A program made the translations under genes and the position numbers. A model generated the notes under the pieces. It saw only the letters and a list, made by a program, of their open reading frames with translations, was not told the DNA's origin and searched no databases. A stretch of 32,000 bases of DNA from Desulfocapsa sulfexigens DSM 10523 (GTDB lineage: Bacteria > Desulfobacterota > Desulfobulbia > Desulfobulbales > Desulfocapsaceae), in assembly GCF_000341395.1 (NCBI RefSeq), contig NC_020304.1:1320001-1352000 (forward strand), read 5' to 3'. Shown in pieces: positions 8,578-19,300 of this stretch; the stretch's first letter is position 1; each line of letters begins with the position of its first letter.

Positions 8578-9849
8578 TTATTTTCTACGGGGAAATGAGG
8601 CCAGCCTTGCTTTTTCACCCAGTGCCTCTTCAATTCGCAATAACTGATTATATTTGGCTACCCGGTCGGAACGAGACATGGAACCGGTTTTAATCTGTCC
8701 AACGGCTGTAGCTACAGCCAGATCAGCAATAGTGCTATCCTCTGTTTCCCCTGAACGGTGCGATATCACTGCAGTATAGCCGGCATCTTTGGCCATTTTG
8801 ATGGCCGCCAGGGTTTCAGTGATGGTACCGATCTGATTGAGTTTGATGAGAATGGAGTTTGCGATTCCCCTGTCGATTCCCTGTTGCAGGATAGCAGTAT
8901 TGGTAACAAAGAGATCATCGCCAACCAGTTGCACTTTGTCATTCAGCCGTTCACTCATGATTTTCCAGCCGTCCCAGTCTCCTTCGGCGCAGCCATCCTC
9001 AATGGAAATAATGGGATACTTCGTACACCATTCTTCGAACAGATCAACCATTTCGGTTGCCGTGAGTTTCCTGTTTTCCGAGGCCAGATTGTAGTATCCT
9101 TCCTCGAAGAATTCTGAGGCGGCCACGTCCATGGCAATCATAATATCAGTTCCTGCCGTGTATCCGGCTTTGTCAATGGCTTCAAGAATAACGAGAATGG
9201 CTTCTTCGTTGGAAGCAAGATCCGGGGCAAAGCCACCCTCATCGCCTACGGCCGTATTCAGGCCACGTCCTGCGAGGACTTGTTTCAGATGATGAAAAAT
9301 TTCAGCACCGTAACGGATTGCTTCGGCTATGGTCGGTGCCCCCACGGGCATGATCATAAATTCCTGAAAATCGACACTGTTGTCAGCATGGGCGCCACCA
9401 TTGATGATGTTCATCATGGGAATTGGCAGGAGTGGAGAATCCGTGGCCAGATATTCAAAGAGGTGCTGTTTGCGGCTGATAGCAACGGCATGGGCAGCAG
9501 CCATGGAGACACTGAGGATGGCATTTGCACCAAAACGACCCTTGTTCGGACTGCCATCGAGATCGATCATCAACTGGTCGATGGCGGCCTGATCTGCAGC
9601 ATCCTTGCCAAGGAGTGCCTCTTTGATTTCTCCGTTAACATGGGCGACAGCCTGCAACACGCCCTTGCCCAGGAAATGAGTAGGATCATTGTCACGGAGT
9701 TCAATTGCTTCACGGGATCCAGTGGATGCACCGGACGGCACAGCAGCACGCCCCATTGAGCCGTCGCTAAGAAAACAGTCTGTCTCAACCGTTGGATTTC
9801 CGCGAGAATCGATAATCTGTCTGGAAATGATGTTTTTTATATGTGTCAT
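8578..9849 (-). CDS. eno: Enolase (phosphopyruvate hydratase)
   Basis: [19 protein letters not shown]-terminus, SHRSGETED and [10 protein letters not shown] signatures. The ATG at 9849 has a GAGGT Shine-Dalgarno, so the 14-aa upstream extension in the ORF track is unlikely. Confidence 0.97.
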   Translation of the reverse strand: MTHIKNIISRQIIDSRGNPTVETDCFLSDGSMGRAAVPSGASTGSREAIELRDNDPTHFLGKGVLQAVAHVNGEIKEALLGKDAADQAAIDQLMIDLDGSPNKGRFGANAILSVSMAAAHAVAISRKQHLFEYLATDSPLLPIPMMNIINGGAHADNSVDFQEFMIMPVGAPTIAEAIRYGAEIFHHLKQVLAGRGLNTAVGDEGGFAPDLASNEEAILVILEAIDKAGYTAGTDIMIAMDVAASEFFEEGYYNLASENRKLTATEMVDLFEEWCTKYPIISIEDGCAEGDWDGWKIMSERLNDKVQLVGDDLFVTNTAILQQGIDRGIANSILIKLNQIGTITETLAAIKMAKDAGYTAVISHRSGETEDSTIADLAVATAVGQIKTGSMSRSDRVAKYNQLLRIEEALGEKARLASFPRRK

Positions 9850-10140
9850 GGCTATACCTCGTTCTATCAATCGTGAAATGATCTTTTTCATTTTCCGTTC
9901 ATCGAACAGTCAATGTATATGTTCCTAAACTATATTGCTTTTATTTCCTCTGTCAAAACCTCGGCAAGTATATTATTTGGGATGCTTATCTGACTCATAG
10001 ATTCGTTAATAACGCCTTCCGGCATAAAGACAAAGCGGAAAAGGGTCTCCACGGCAGTTTTTTTATTGCATGTCTTTTGCAATCAAACGATACTATCTTT
10101 CAGCGTCTTTAGAGTGGATCTGAGATTTGAAAGCAGCATT

Positions 10141-10647
10141 ATGCTTTTATCAGGGAGTAGAAGAATTTTGAATCGTGACAGCAGTAAAAAAATAGTAGAA
10201 CCATCTTTTCTGGTTGAGGTTGATAATTATAGCGAAGGGTGCAAAAAGGTCCTTTATTTTCTTGATCAAACGGCTCTTGTTAAGTATGAGACCGTCGACT
10301 TTAACTCCGACATGTCCTGCTCTGCCTCGGATAAAAGATTCTGGACTATGGTGGAGAGTGGTCTTGAGAACAACCGGCAGAGTGTGACTGCCCTGATAGA
10401 AGAACTCCAGGAAAGTGGCTATAGACAGCTTTTAGATCTTACAAAAATGAAGCAGGGCTATGAGTCAAAAATCCTCCATATTCTTGTCCACTTTCTTGAT
10501 GGTTTTATTGGGATTGACTCATCGTTTTATAATTTAATAGAAGACTCCCATCAGATCAGTGATTCTCTCCATCGGCGGATTACAGAAAATCCGCAAAATT
10601 ACTGGCTGTTTCGGATTGATGCGAAAAACAAGTGGACTCTTCTGTAG
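10141..10647 (+). CDS. Hypothetical protein (no recognisable motif)
   Basis: Long ORF in the intergenic-size gap between eno and the cytochrome gene, 20 nt upstream of the cytochrome c start. The track start at 10066 is TTG. The first ATG is at 10141. No strong Shine-Dalgarno for either start. Confidence 0.45.
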   Translation: MLLSGSRRILNRDSSKKIVEPSFLVEVDNYSEGCKKVLYFLDQTALVKYETVDFNSDMSCSASDKRFWTMVESGLENNRQSVTALIEELQESGYRQLLDLTKMKQGYESKILHILVHFLDGFIGIDSSFYNLIEDSHQISDSLHRRITENPQNYWLFRIDAKNKWTLL

Positions 10648-10667
10648 ACGTTTTTTAGGGGTGCATT

Positions 10668-10997
10668 ATGAGAAACAGGGTTTTGGGAGTATCGGTTACG
10701 GGTGTTCTGGCTGTCCTTCTGTGGAGTTGTTTGCTCCTGGTGTCATGCAGCACGCCACCCAGTGGGGACAGTTCAAATGGTAAGCGGTGGTTTTCCATGC
10801 AGCATTGTGATGGCTGTCATGGTGAAGGTGGAGTGGGGGGGGATGCTCCTCAAATCGGGCAGGTGACGATGAGTTACCGTGAGCTGTTAGGCAAGGTGCG
10901 AAATTCAAAGTCAGCCATCATGCCCTCCTATTCGAAAGAGCGTCTCTCGGACCAGGATGTGGCTGATATCTTTTCGTATCTACAGGAAGAAAAATGA
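10668..10997 (+). CDS. Monohaem c-type cytochrome, probable lipoprotein
   Basis: Signal peptide with a lipobox-like LLVSC. A single CXXCH (CDGCH). Downstream AIMPSY provides a Met axial-ligand candidate. 109 aa, class I cytochrome c size. Confidence 0.8.
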   Translation: MRNRVLGVSVTGVLAVLLWSCLLLVSCSTPPSGDSSNGKRWFSMQHCDGCHGEGGVGGDAPQIGQVTMSYRELLGKVRNSKSAIMPSYSKERLSDQDVADIFSYLQEEK

Positions 10998-11001
10998 TGA
11001 T

Positions 11002-11253
11002 TTAAGGCCATTCTTTTCGAATACATTTATTTTCCAGAGCTACTTGCCCTGTTGGAAAGTCAGCGTGTCGGTTTCTTTTTGTATCCGATGATTTTTTGCC
11101 AGTGCGAAACAGGTTTTGTTCCCGTTTTTCAAGAAAAAGTACCTTCCTGGCTCCCTCTGCAAACCTGTCCGGGAAAAAGAGAGCAAAGAGTATTCTTAGA
11201 AGAATACTCAACAAAAATATCGTAGCAGCAATAGCGAGAATTATTTTATTCAC
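11002..11253 (-). CDS. Small hypothetical membrane protein
   Basis: N-terminal hydrophobic helix (IILAIAATIFLLSILLRILFALFF) followed by a basic tail. Its start overlaps the stop of the upstream HD-domain gene by 8 nt, suggesting coupling. Confidence 0.4.
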   Translation of the reverse strand: MNKIILAIAATIFLLSILLRILFALFFPDRFAEGARKVLFLEKREQNLFRTGKKSSDTKRNRHADFPTGQVALENKCIRKEWP

Positions 11254-11827
11254 CAGGACTTCCTTTCAGACCAATCTCTTCAGCAACCTCCCGCATACCT
11301 GTAATGGTGTCGAGGATAAGGTCGGAGACCTGAACCCCAAGCATCTCTGCTCCTCGTTCAATTATTGATCGATCAACTCCTGCAGCGAACCGTTTGTCTT
11401 TCCACTTTTTCTTCACAGATTTAGGTGTCAGGTCTAATACGCTTTTCGAGGGCCTGACAAGTGCTGTTGTTGCAACCAGTCCCGTGAGTTCGTCAATGGC
11501 GTACAGTACTTTTTCCATTTCACTGCGTGGTTCTTTGTCGGAGCAAATTCCCCAACCATGACTTATCACTGCCCGGATGTACTCTTCCGGCCAGTCATGC
11601 TCTTTCAGTATGGCTTCAGATTGTGTACAGTGCTGATCTGGAAACTGCTCGTAGTCAAGGTCGTGAACTAAACCGACGATACCCCACTTTTCCTCGTCAG
11701 CTCCTTGCTTCCGTGCACAATAGCGCATTACTCCTTCTACAGCCAGAGCGTGTTTTATAAGGCTTTCCGTCTGGTTATATTTTTTTAGCAGCTTAAACGC
11801 ATCTTCCCGGCTTGGTACTGGTGACAT
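11246..11827 (-). CDS. HD/HDIG-domain metal-dependent phosphohydrolase
   Basis: H...HD signature (KHALAVEGV ... GLVHDLDY) and about 190 aa, typical of stand-alone HDIG proteins. Confidence 0.85.
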   Translation of the reverse strand: MSPVPSREDAFKLLKKYNQTESLIKHALAVEGVMRYCARKQGADEEKWGIVGLVHDLDYEQFPDQHCTQSEAILKEHDWPEEYIRAVISHGWGICSDKEPRSEMEKVLYAIDELTGLVATTALVRPSKSVLDLTPKSVKKKWKDKRFAAGVDRSIIERGAEMLGVQVSDLILDTITGMREVAEEIGLKGSPGE

Positions 11828-12017
11828 GATGTCTGGCCCTCTCTGGTAAATATTTGATCATCATTCTCCTCATTGCTATCCTGTGGATACCATAAGTGGA
11901 AAAGATGAGCCATCTGTATTGGGTGGAACACTCTTTTTTTGCTCATTGGGGTTTCAAGGGGGCAAACTTAAATCGCTTTACTGGTTTCTACTAATAAAAA
12001 GCCTGAGATTAAAAGCA

Positions 12018-12064
12018 TTGACTTTACGATTCTCTTTGTTTACCATATCGTCATATGGCGATAT
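12018..12064 (+). promoter_or_regulatory. Candidate sigma70 promoter (TTGACT, 17 nt, TACCAT) overlapped by a 20-bp imperfect palindrome ATATCGTCAT|ATGGCGATAT (12045-12064); putative ArsR operator
   Basis: Hexamers and palindrome read directly. 9 of 10 positions pair. It lies about 40 nt upstream of the arsR-like ATG at 12102. Confidence 0.45.
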
Positions 12065-12101
12065 CACAATACGTGGCAATTATTACTTCAAGAGAACAAA
12101 A

Positions 12102-12446
12102 ATGAAACAATTTATTCGCGTTATGAAAGCGCTGTCTGACCCTAATCGAGTCAGGCTTATCAAGCTTCTTGGCTGCAAGGAGCTCTGTGTCTGTGAGTTG
12201 CAGGATCTTATCGGGCTGGCACAATCAACAGTCTCCAAACACTTGAAAGTGCTTGAGGAGGCTGGTCTGGTTGACTACCGCAAGGAGGGTTCATGGTTTA
12301 TATACAGGCTGAGTGATGGCGAAGAATCAGAGTATGCCGCAGTTATGCTTAAGAACCTCCAGGGATGGCTTGACGAGGAGCCACAGTTACAAAAAATGAT
12401 GACCAGACTTTCCCAGGTGGATAGGGAACGCATTTGTGCAGCATGA
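12102..12446 (+). CDS. arsR: ArsR/SmtB-family metalloregulator with an ELCVCE metalloid-type site
   Basis: MKALSDPNRVRLIKLL..KELCVCELQDLIGLAQSTVSKHLKVLEEAGLV is a canonical ArsR winged helix-turn-helix carrying the CVC motif. The 73-aa upstream extension in the ORF track has no homology-like features, so I use the ATG at 12102. Confidence 0.9.
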   Translation: MKQFIRVMKALSDPNRVRLIKLLGCKELCVCELQDLIGLAQSTVSKHLKVLEEAGLVDYRKEGSWFIYRLSDGEESEYAAVMLKNLQGWLDEEPQLQKMMTRLSQVDRERICAA

Positions 12447-12477
12447 TGTATTCGAATCTATTTAAAGGAGGTTCTTC

Positions 12478-13575
12478 ATGGAACCAATAAAGCCAGTAGG
12501 GAGCTGTGCGGACGGGGGAGGGTGTTGTTCGGCCAGTCCAGATGGTGGTAATAGAAAAATATCAGCCGGACAGTTGGGGGTAGGCCTGCTTGGCCTCATC
12601 GGCTGGTATATTATTTACAAACAGCTGCTTCCCTTCTCCCATTTTTTTTCCTATAGCCTGCTTGGTCTGAAAAAAGGAAGTCATCTTGGTGAGGCAATCC
12701 AGTTTTTTGTCTATGACACGCCCAAGGTCATGATGCTGCTTACCCTTATTGTGTTTGTTATCGGCATGCTTCGGTCTTTTTTTACCCAGGAACGAACCCG
12801 GAAATACCTGGCCGGAAAACGGGAAACAGCAGGAAATGTCATGGCCGCTCTGCTCGGTATTGTTACTCCTTTCTGCTCCTGCTCTGCAGTGCCACTCTTT
12901 CTAGGTTTTGTTCAGGCAGGTGTCCCCTTAGGCGTCACATTCTCTTTTCTCATTGCGGCCCCTATGGTCAATGAAGTTGCTGTGATTCTTCTCTATGGTC
13001 TGCTTGGCTGGAAAGTCGCGGCAATTTACCTCGGCACCGGCCTCCTGATTGCCATACTTTCCGGTTGGGTTATCGGCCGCTTTAAGCTGGAACACTGGAT
13101 TGAGGACTGGGTACAGGAACTTCGCTCGGCTGAAGCTGTAGTTATCGAAGAAAAACTGACCTGGTCGGACCGTATTGATCGTGGCCGTGAAGCCGTTCGT
13201 GATATTGTCGGCAAGGTCTGGATCTATGTCATTGCAGGAATTGGTGTTGGTGCCGCCATTCATGGCTATGTACCTGAGACCTTGATGGCCTCTGTTATGG
13301 GCAAGGATGCCTGGTGGTCAGTACCTGTTGCCGTTGTGGTTGGTATCCCAATGTACTCCAACGCAGCAGGAATTGTACCGGTGGTGGAAGCACTCCTTGG
13401 CAAAGGAGCGGCCCTTGGCACGGTTCTGGCCTTTATGATGAGTGTTATTGCCCTGTCACTTCCAGAGATGGTTATTCTCCGTAAAGTTCTCAAGCCCAAA
13501 TTAATTGCAGTCTTTATTGGAGTTGTCGGCAGCGGAATTCTCTTCACCGGGTTTTTATTTAATTTAATTATTTGA
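12478..13575 (+). CDS. PF03773-type (DUF318/ArsP-like) permease
   Basis: Multi-pass membrane protein. Cys-rich N-terminus (CADGGGCC). TPFCSCSAVPLF motif in a transmembrane segment. It sits in the typical ArsR, permease, small thioredoxin-fold gene arrangement. Confidence 0.85.
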   Translation: MEPIKPVGSCADGGGCCSASPDGGNRKISAGQLGVGLLGLIGWYIIYKQLLPFSHFFSYSLLGLKKGSHLGEAIQFFVYDTPKVMMLLTLIVFVIGMLRSFFTQERTRKYLAGKRETAGNVMAALLGIVTPFCSCSAVPLFLGFVQAGVPLGVTFSFLIAAPMVNEVAVILLYGLLGWKVAAIYLGTGLLIAILSGWVIGRFKLEHWIEDWVQELRSAEAVVIEEKLTWSDRIDRGREAVRDIVGKVWIYVIAGIGVGAAIHGYVPETLMASVMGKDAWWSVPVAVVVGIPMYSNAAGIVPVVEALLGKGAALGTVLAFMMSVIALSLPEMVILRKVLKPKLIAVFIGVVGSGILFTGFLFNLII

Positions 13576-13654
13576 TCGATACTGTGCTTGTCAGGAGACA
13601 TCTTGTCTTCTGACAAGTGAGGATTCATAAATTTTACAATATTGAGAGGATACA

Positions 13655-13885
13655 ATGGAAATAAAAGTATGCGGGCCTGGATGTGCTTCCTGCGAAAAAA
13701 CTCAAAAAATTGTTGAGGCGGCTATTGCTGCAACGGGTGTTGATGCTACGCTCATCAAGGTGACAGACTTTCAGGAAATCGCAAAAATGGGAATTTTCTC
13801 AACACCTGCAGTGGTTATTGATGGTGACGTGAAATCGGTGGGGAATATCCCAAAACAGTCGCAAGTTGAAGACTGGCTCCGCTGA
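13655..13885 (+). CDS. Small thioredoxin-fold redox-active disulfide protein (TM0996/MTH895-like)
   Basis: 76 aa. MEIKVCGPGCASCEK N-terminus (CXXC), and ...GIFSTPAVVIDG typical of this mini-thioredoxin family. Confidence 0.85.
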   Translation: MEIKVCGPGCASCEKTQKIVEAAIAATGVDATLIKVTDFQEIAKMGIFSTPAVVIDGDVKSVGNIPKQSQVEDWLR

Positions 13886-13887
13886 TT

Positions 13888-15252
13888 ATGTCCTTTTCAT
13901 TAAAAGGTGTCACTACTCAGTGCTCCGGAAGAACAACCACGAAAATAACCAAAGCAAGAAAAGAAATCTCTGCGAAAGTATCGGCTTTTTTGTGTCTTGT
14001 TCTCTTCTGCTGGTTCACACCTGTAGAGGCAATGACCATTGCGGATCTTTTTGCGGCCCTGAGAGAACATCCGCTAACAGAACTGGATGTTCTGCAGACC
14101 AGATCCGCTGAACTGGGTGTTCAATCGATTTATGACCGATTGTACCCAAGTCTGACCGGCATTGTCGCCTACGACGAGTACAATTCCCCAACCAACTTGC
14201 GCCCTGTACCTCCTACCGAGGCGGCACAACTTCTGGAAAACAATAAACCGTTGCCCTTTAGTGACTCCATTGGCCGAATGGGGGCCAGACTTTCCATGCC
14301 CATATTTGTCAAAGAATTGTTTTCTCTTGGCAATCAGGCTGCAAGCCTGGCAGACAGTTACCGGATAAAAAAACGGTTAAATCTGCTCGAACATCAGGCT
14401 GTTCTGGTTACAACGGATGCTCATCTGTTGTACATGGCTTCACTGCGAAAAGCCCTGGAGTCTCGTAAGAACTCCCTGGAAAAAACCCGGCAGGATATCA
14501 CTCTTCAGGTCACAACCGGACGGCTTCCTGAAACGGAACAGATACGAATGGATGAAGCAATCAATCAAATTGATCTCACCTTTAACCAGACTTGGCAACA
14601 GCAGAGTGATTTGCAGAAAAATATAGAATCACTCACTGGTATCGTTCTTGAAGAACCAGTTACGCTTCAGCTCAACGGCTCTCTTAACAAGGGCGAACTT
14701 TTTGCGTTGAAGCCCCTGCAAAAGAATGTAGAGGCCAGAGAGTTCAGTGTACAGGCTGCAAGAGACAGACTGTATCCCAGTATTATAGGTACGGCCAATT
14801 GGTTCCATAACTACGGAGAAGGCTATAACACCGGAACTGATGTGGATGTCGAGTACGGCGGTTACAGTCTTTCCCTGCAGATGCCTCTTTTCAACAAACC
14901 CGCTTACACGGCAATTGAGCAGGCAAATATTGAACTGCGGCGTGAGAAAACTCGCTTTACCAGAACGAAGATAGATCTGGAGGCCAAGGCCAGAAATCTG
15001 ACCAGAAACCTGGAGCTTCTTAACGAGTCAAAAAAATTCGCGCAAGACAGCGTGGCAAACCAACGTGAACTTCTCAACGTGGCCAAGGTGGCTTATGCAA
15101 GCAAAAGAATGAGTCAGGAAGAATACCTGCGTTATGAGGAAAAAATATTGGCCGCAGAGGCAAATTATTACCTGACCGAAGCCCGCTGGTGGGAGACTTT
15201 TGCTACTCTGGCGGTCCTGTACGGCAACAATCTGGATGAGTTGATTCAATGA
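13888..15252 (+). CDS. TolC-family outer-membrane efflux protein
   Basis: Signal peptide (..LVLFCWFTPVEA). Two-repeat coiled-coil/beta architecture with LYPSL/LYPSI repeats. It starts 2 nt after the preceding stop, and its stop overlaps the MFP start (ATGA). Confidence 0.8.
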   Translation: MSFSLKGVTTQCSGRTTTKITKARKEISAKVSAFLCLVLFCWFTPVEAMTIADLFAALREHPLTELDVLQTRSAELGVQSIYDRLYPSLTGIVAYDEYNSPTNLRPVPPTEAAQLLENNKPLPFSDSIGRMGARLSMPIFVKELFSLGNQAASLADSYRIKKRLNLLEHQAVLVTTDAHLLYMASLRKALESRKNSLEKTRQDITLQVTTGRLPETEQIRMDEAINQIDLTFNQTWQQQSDLQKNIESLTGIVLEEPVTLQLNGSLNKGELFALKPLQKNVEAREFSVQAARDRLYPSIIGTANWFHNYGEGYNTGTDVDVEYGGYSLSLQMPLFNKPAYTAIEQANIELRREKTRFTRTKIDLEAKARNLTRNLELLNESKKFAQDSVANQRELLNVAKVAYASKRMSQEEYLRYEEKILAAEANYYLTEARWWETFATLAVLYGNNLDELIQ

Positions 15253-16319
15253 AAAAAATTATATGGATACTTCTTGCAGTACTGTTAATTGGAGGCGGAG
15301 TCCTTGCTGTCAAAAAAAAGAAACAGACCATGGCAGACATTCCGCCCATGAAACTGTATCACCAGATCGTTGAAACTGTAACCCCGACAACCGAGAACAT
15401 TCTTCTTACCCTCCCGGCAATGGCAGAGGTCCGCAGCGATCAGGACGTTGAACTTTCCTCCAAGCTCGCTTCCCGGATTACCAGCATGGTAAAAAGCGGC
15501 GACACCGTCCATAAAGGTCAGGTCGTTGTCACCCTGGACCACGAGGACCTGTTGGCCAAGAAGGAGGCCATAGCCCTTCAAACAGGCGCTCTTGAGGCAG
15601 ATATTTTCGCCCAACAGGTGGCCTTGAAAACCGCCGTGGCCAGTCACGCACGAACCAAAGAACTCCTTGATGCCCGCGGAGCTTCTGTTGAACAATATGA
15701 CACTGAAAAAAGTAAGATCGCAGCTCTCCAGGCGAACCTCAAGGGGCTGACAAGCAAAAAGAGCATACTGGAGCAAAATAGTAAAGAAGTTGTAAATCTC
15801 ATCAGCTATGCTGTCATTGTCTCTCCCATCGATGGAGTGGTGAGTTCCACCTCTGCCAATGCTGGTGTCATTGCCATGCCAGGTAAACCTTTACTTTCGA
15901 TCCAGGCAGACAGCGGCAAGTACCTTCTCATCCGTTCCGCCGGTACTCTTCAGCCAACAGAAGTTCTGTTCGAGACCGTTCGTCATCCTTTGGTGCCACT
16001 CAATCATACCTTCAAAGGGTTGGATGAATACCGTGCTGATGTCGAGACAAAGAACAGTTCCGGGGAGCGGCTGCCGGTGCGTTTGGTCGTCTACCAGGGA
16101 AGCGGTGCCTTGATTCCCCTGTCAGCACTGCTGCAAAAAGAAGGAGAGAATCTGTGTTTTATTCCTGAAGGAGACAGGGCTCTTCCGGTTTCAGTCAAGG
16201 TGATAGCTGCTGGGACTGAAGGGATGGTGGTTGAAGGATTACTGGCCGATCAGGTCATTGTTGCCAAACCTGACATTCTTCTCAAGCTACTGGCCGGAAC
16301 GCCAATTACTGTCAAGTAA
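15249..16319 (+). CDS. RND efflux periplasmic adaptor (membrane fusion protein, HlyD family)
   Basis: N-terminal anchor MKKIIWILLAVLLIGGGVLAV. Lipoyl-like GDTVHKGQVVVTLD, a coiled-coil segment, and SPIDGVV hairpin-return motif. Confidence 0.85.
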   Translation: MKKIIWILLAVLLIGGGVLAVKKKKQTMADIPPMKLYHQIVETVTPTTENILLTLPAMAEVRSDQDVELSSKLASRITSMVKSGDTVHKGQVVVTLDHEDLLAKKEAIALQTGALEADIFAQQVALKTAVASHARTKELLDARGASVEQYDTEKSKIAALQANLKGLTSKKSILEQNSKEVVNLISYAVIVSPIDGVVSSTSANAGVIAMPGKPLLSIQADSGKYLLIRSAGTLQPTEVLFETVRHPLVPLNHTFKGLDEYRADVETKNSSGERLPVRLVVYQGSGALIPLSALLQKEGENLCFIPEGDRALPVSVKVIAAGTEGMVVEGLLADQVIVAKPDILLKLLAGTPITVK

Positions 16320-16349
16320 ATCAGAAAACCTCTGTTTTTGGATACACCC

Positions 16350-19300
16350 ATGTTCAGTTTGTTTTATAAACGGCCACATCTGCTCTTTTCTATCATTGCC
16401 CTCTTCTTTGTCCTCGGCATTATCGGACTTATCACTATGCCGAAGAACCTGTTCCCGGATGCCGACCGACCCCAGGTGATTGTCATTACTCAGATACCTG
16501 GGTCAACGGCAGAAGTAGCAGCAAGTACGGTCTCCAAACCCATTGAAAGTGAAATCGCCCGCTTAAGTGAGGTGCGCGAAATCAGTTCCGTCAATGTAGC
16601 CAATTTCTCCATTGTCAAGGCGGAATTTGAATATACCAAAGGACTGAATGCTGCGGCTGTTGATGTGGCAAATGCGCTCTCTATCGCCCGTGCAAATCTT
16701 CCATTCACTGCCAATCCTGCTGTTTATACAGCAGGATCTTTCACTCTGCCTGTGGAGGTGGTGGCATTGAGCCCGAAAAGTGATCTCATCAACCTCGGTG
16801 ATATTCGTAAGATAGCAGACTCCTTCATCAAGCCGGCCCTGCTCTCCAATCCCGGCATAGGAAACGTTGAAGTCTTCGGCGGCCACCAGAGTGCCCTTGT
16901 CATCGCCATTGATCCCTTTGGCCTGCAACGTTATGGACTGACTGTCGACATCCTGGCAAAGACAATTATGTCAGCCAACAGGGATATCCCGATTGGCTTT
17001 GTCAAAGGGGCTGACGGATTTTTCACCCTCACCTACTACGGCGAACAGACCAGTGTCGAGGCCCTGTCAAGACTGCGAGTTGCGCCAAACCTAAGACTTG
17101 GCGATGTGGCAGATATCCACTGGTCCACCCAGAAACGATTTTCCGGGTACATCGGCAACGGCAAAGGAGCTATAGCCCTTGCGATCCAGAGATCACCCGG
17201 GGGGTCCGTTCTCAGTGTAAGCAACACAGCCAGGGCAGAAATCGACAGACTTGCCAAACAATATCCGAACATCAACTTTCAGATCGCCGACACCCAGCGT
17301 GACCTGATTGAGACCGCCAACGACAACATGCTTGAGGCCCTGCGCGACGCCATCCTCTATACCCTGCTGGTTCTCCTCTTTTTCCTCGGCAATTTCCGGG
17401 CCATCCTTGCAGCAGGTCTCTCCATTCCCCTGGTCTTTTTTTCCACAATGGCAGTGATATATCTGATAGGTGGCGAACTGAATATCGTTGTCTATACGGC
17501 CATTATCCTGGCCCTTGGTCTGCTTGTTGATGATGCGGTTGTGGTCCTGGAAAATATCGAACGCCACCTTGGTGAATTGCACGAAAATCTAGAAACTGCG
17601 ATTGAACAGGGTACCAAAGAAGTCATTGCCCCCATCTTTGCAGGTACCGTGGCCACCATTGCTATCATGTTCCCCCTCATGTATGTCGGCGATTTCCCCG
17701 AACACATTTTCAGACCCCTGATAGAAACCCTGATCATTGCTTTGCTGGTCTCGTATTTCCTCTCCATTACCTTTATCCCTAAACTTTCGGCCTATCTGTA
17801 TCGCAAAGGAATGAAAAAGAACCGGGTGGAACTCTTTTTTGAATCGCTGTATGAAAAGAGTGTCGGACGCCTCGTTGCCCCCTATGAAAAAGTACTTTTC
17901 TTTTCAAATGGCCGTTTTCCCAGGATTAGAAAACTCTTCTTGACCCTTGGCGTTCTGCTGATTCTGGTATTGAGCCTGAGAACTGTAATGCCGATTCTTG
18001 GCAAGGATGTGATGCCTCCCATGGATACCGGAATCATTAAGGCCCACGTTGCCTTTTCTGCCAATGATACTGTGGAAAGTGCAGAAAAGAAGATCGCCCT
18101 TTTTCTTGAATGGCTGCACAGCCGGAAAGAGGTAGTAATGAGCTCTGTGGCCTTTGGCGGAGAAGCGGAGGTTTTGTCCCTCGGCAGCGGAAACCTGCCG
18201 GCTGAAGCGACCTTTTCGGTTAACTGCGTCAATCGTTTTGAACGAACCAAGACCATCTGGGAAATTGAGGATGAGATCCGTGATCACTTAAATATGCTGT
18301 CCAGCGTCAAGAGTGTTGATGTCTATGATTTCGGGGCAACAGCCGTGTCTTCGATCAAAGCGCCATTAGACGTACGTATAATGGCCCCTGATTATAAAAA
18401 TCTTCCAGAGATGGGACATACGATTGCAAAGGCACTTACCGGAATCAAAGGGCTTACCAGCATGTCTCTTTCCTGGGATCAAGATTTCAATGAGGCCGAA
18501 ATACTCATCGATAGCAATAAGGCGCTCAGTTACGGCCTTACCCCCTTTACGATTGCCGCTCAGATCCCGATCAAAGGACAGGTAGTCTCTTTACTTGGTA
18601 ACTTTGCCACCATGAATACCCAGCCGGTCAGGCTCTACCTTAAGGGCGAATTCAACGCCAATCTACAGAGTCTGCGTCTGCTCCCCATTCAGATCAGTGA
18701 TGGTAACAGTGTCCCTCTGGAGGCTATTGCGGACATTCGACATCGGCTGGCTGCAGCTAAAATTGAACGGGATCGGATGCTTTACAGCCTGGATGTCAAT
18801 GGTTACAGGAGTCTTAGGCCTATCACTCATATCACATCGGATGCCGAGGCTATCATTGAGGGCATTGACACCAGTGGTACCATTGTCAGCCAGGCAGGTG
18901 ACATAACCCAGCTTAACGATTCATTTTCCAGGATACTTAAGGCCATCGGCACCGGTATCATTATCCTGCTCATGGCACTTATTGCCATTTACCGCTCAGT
19001 ACGCATGTCGCTTGTTATGATTATAGTCCTCCCCTTATCCATGATTGGCGCATCCTGGGGTATGCTGCTTTTTGGCAAGCCCAGTTGTATGCCGTCTATG
19101 GTGGGAATCTTGTTGCTATTTGGCATTATAATCAAAAATTCAATTCTCCTGATTGATTTTTATCAGCACTACCGAAAAGAAGAAGGGGCTTTCGAATCAG
19201 CCCTTGAATCAGTCCGTGTCCGTTTCAGACCAGTAATGATGACCGCATTCGGCACCATTGCCGGTATGATTCCCATTGCCCTGGAACAGGCAGTGGGCCT

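Noticed and set aside
9850-9891. Upstream extensions of eno (14 aa), arsR (73 aa, 11883-12101), the porin (18 aa) and the OMP at 8276-8353
   Set aside because: Internal ATGs with good Shine-Dalgarno sequences reproduce canonical N-termini or signal peptides. The extensions have no supporting features.
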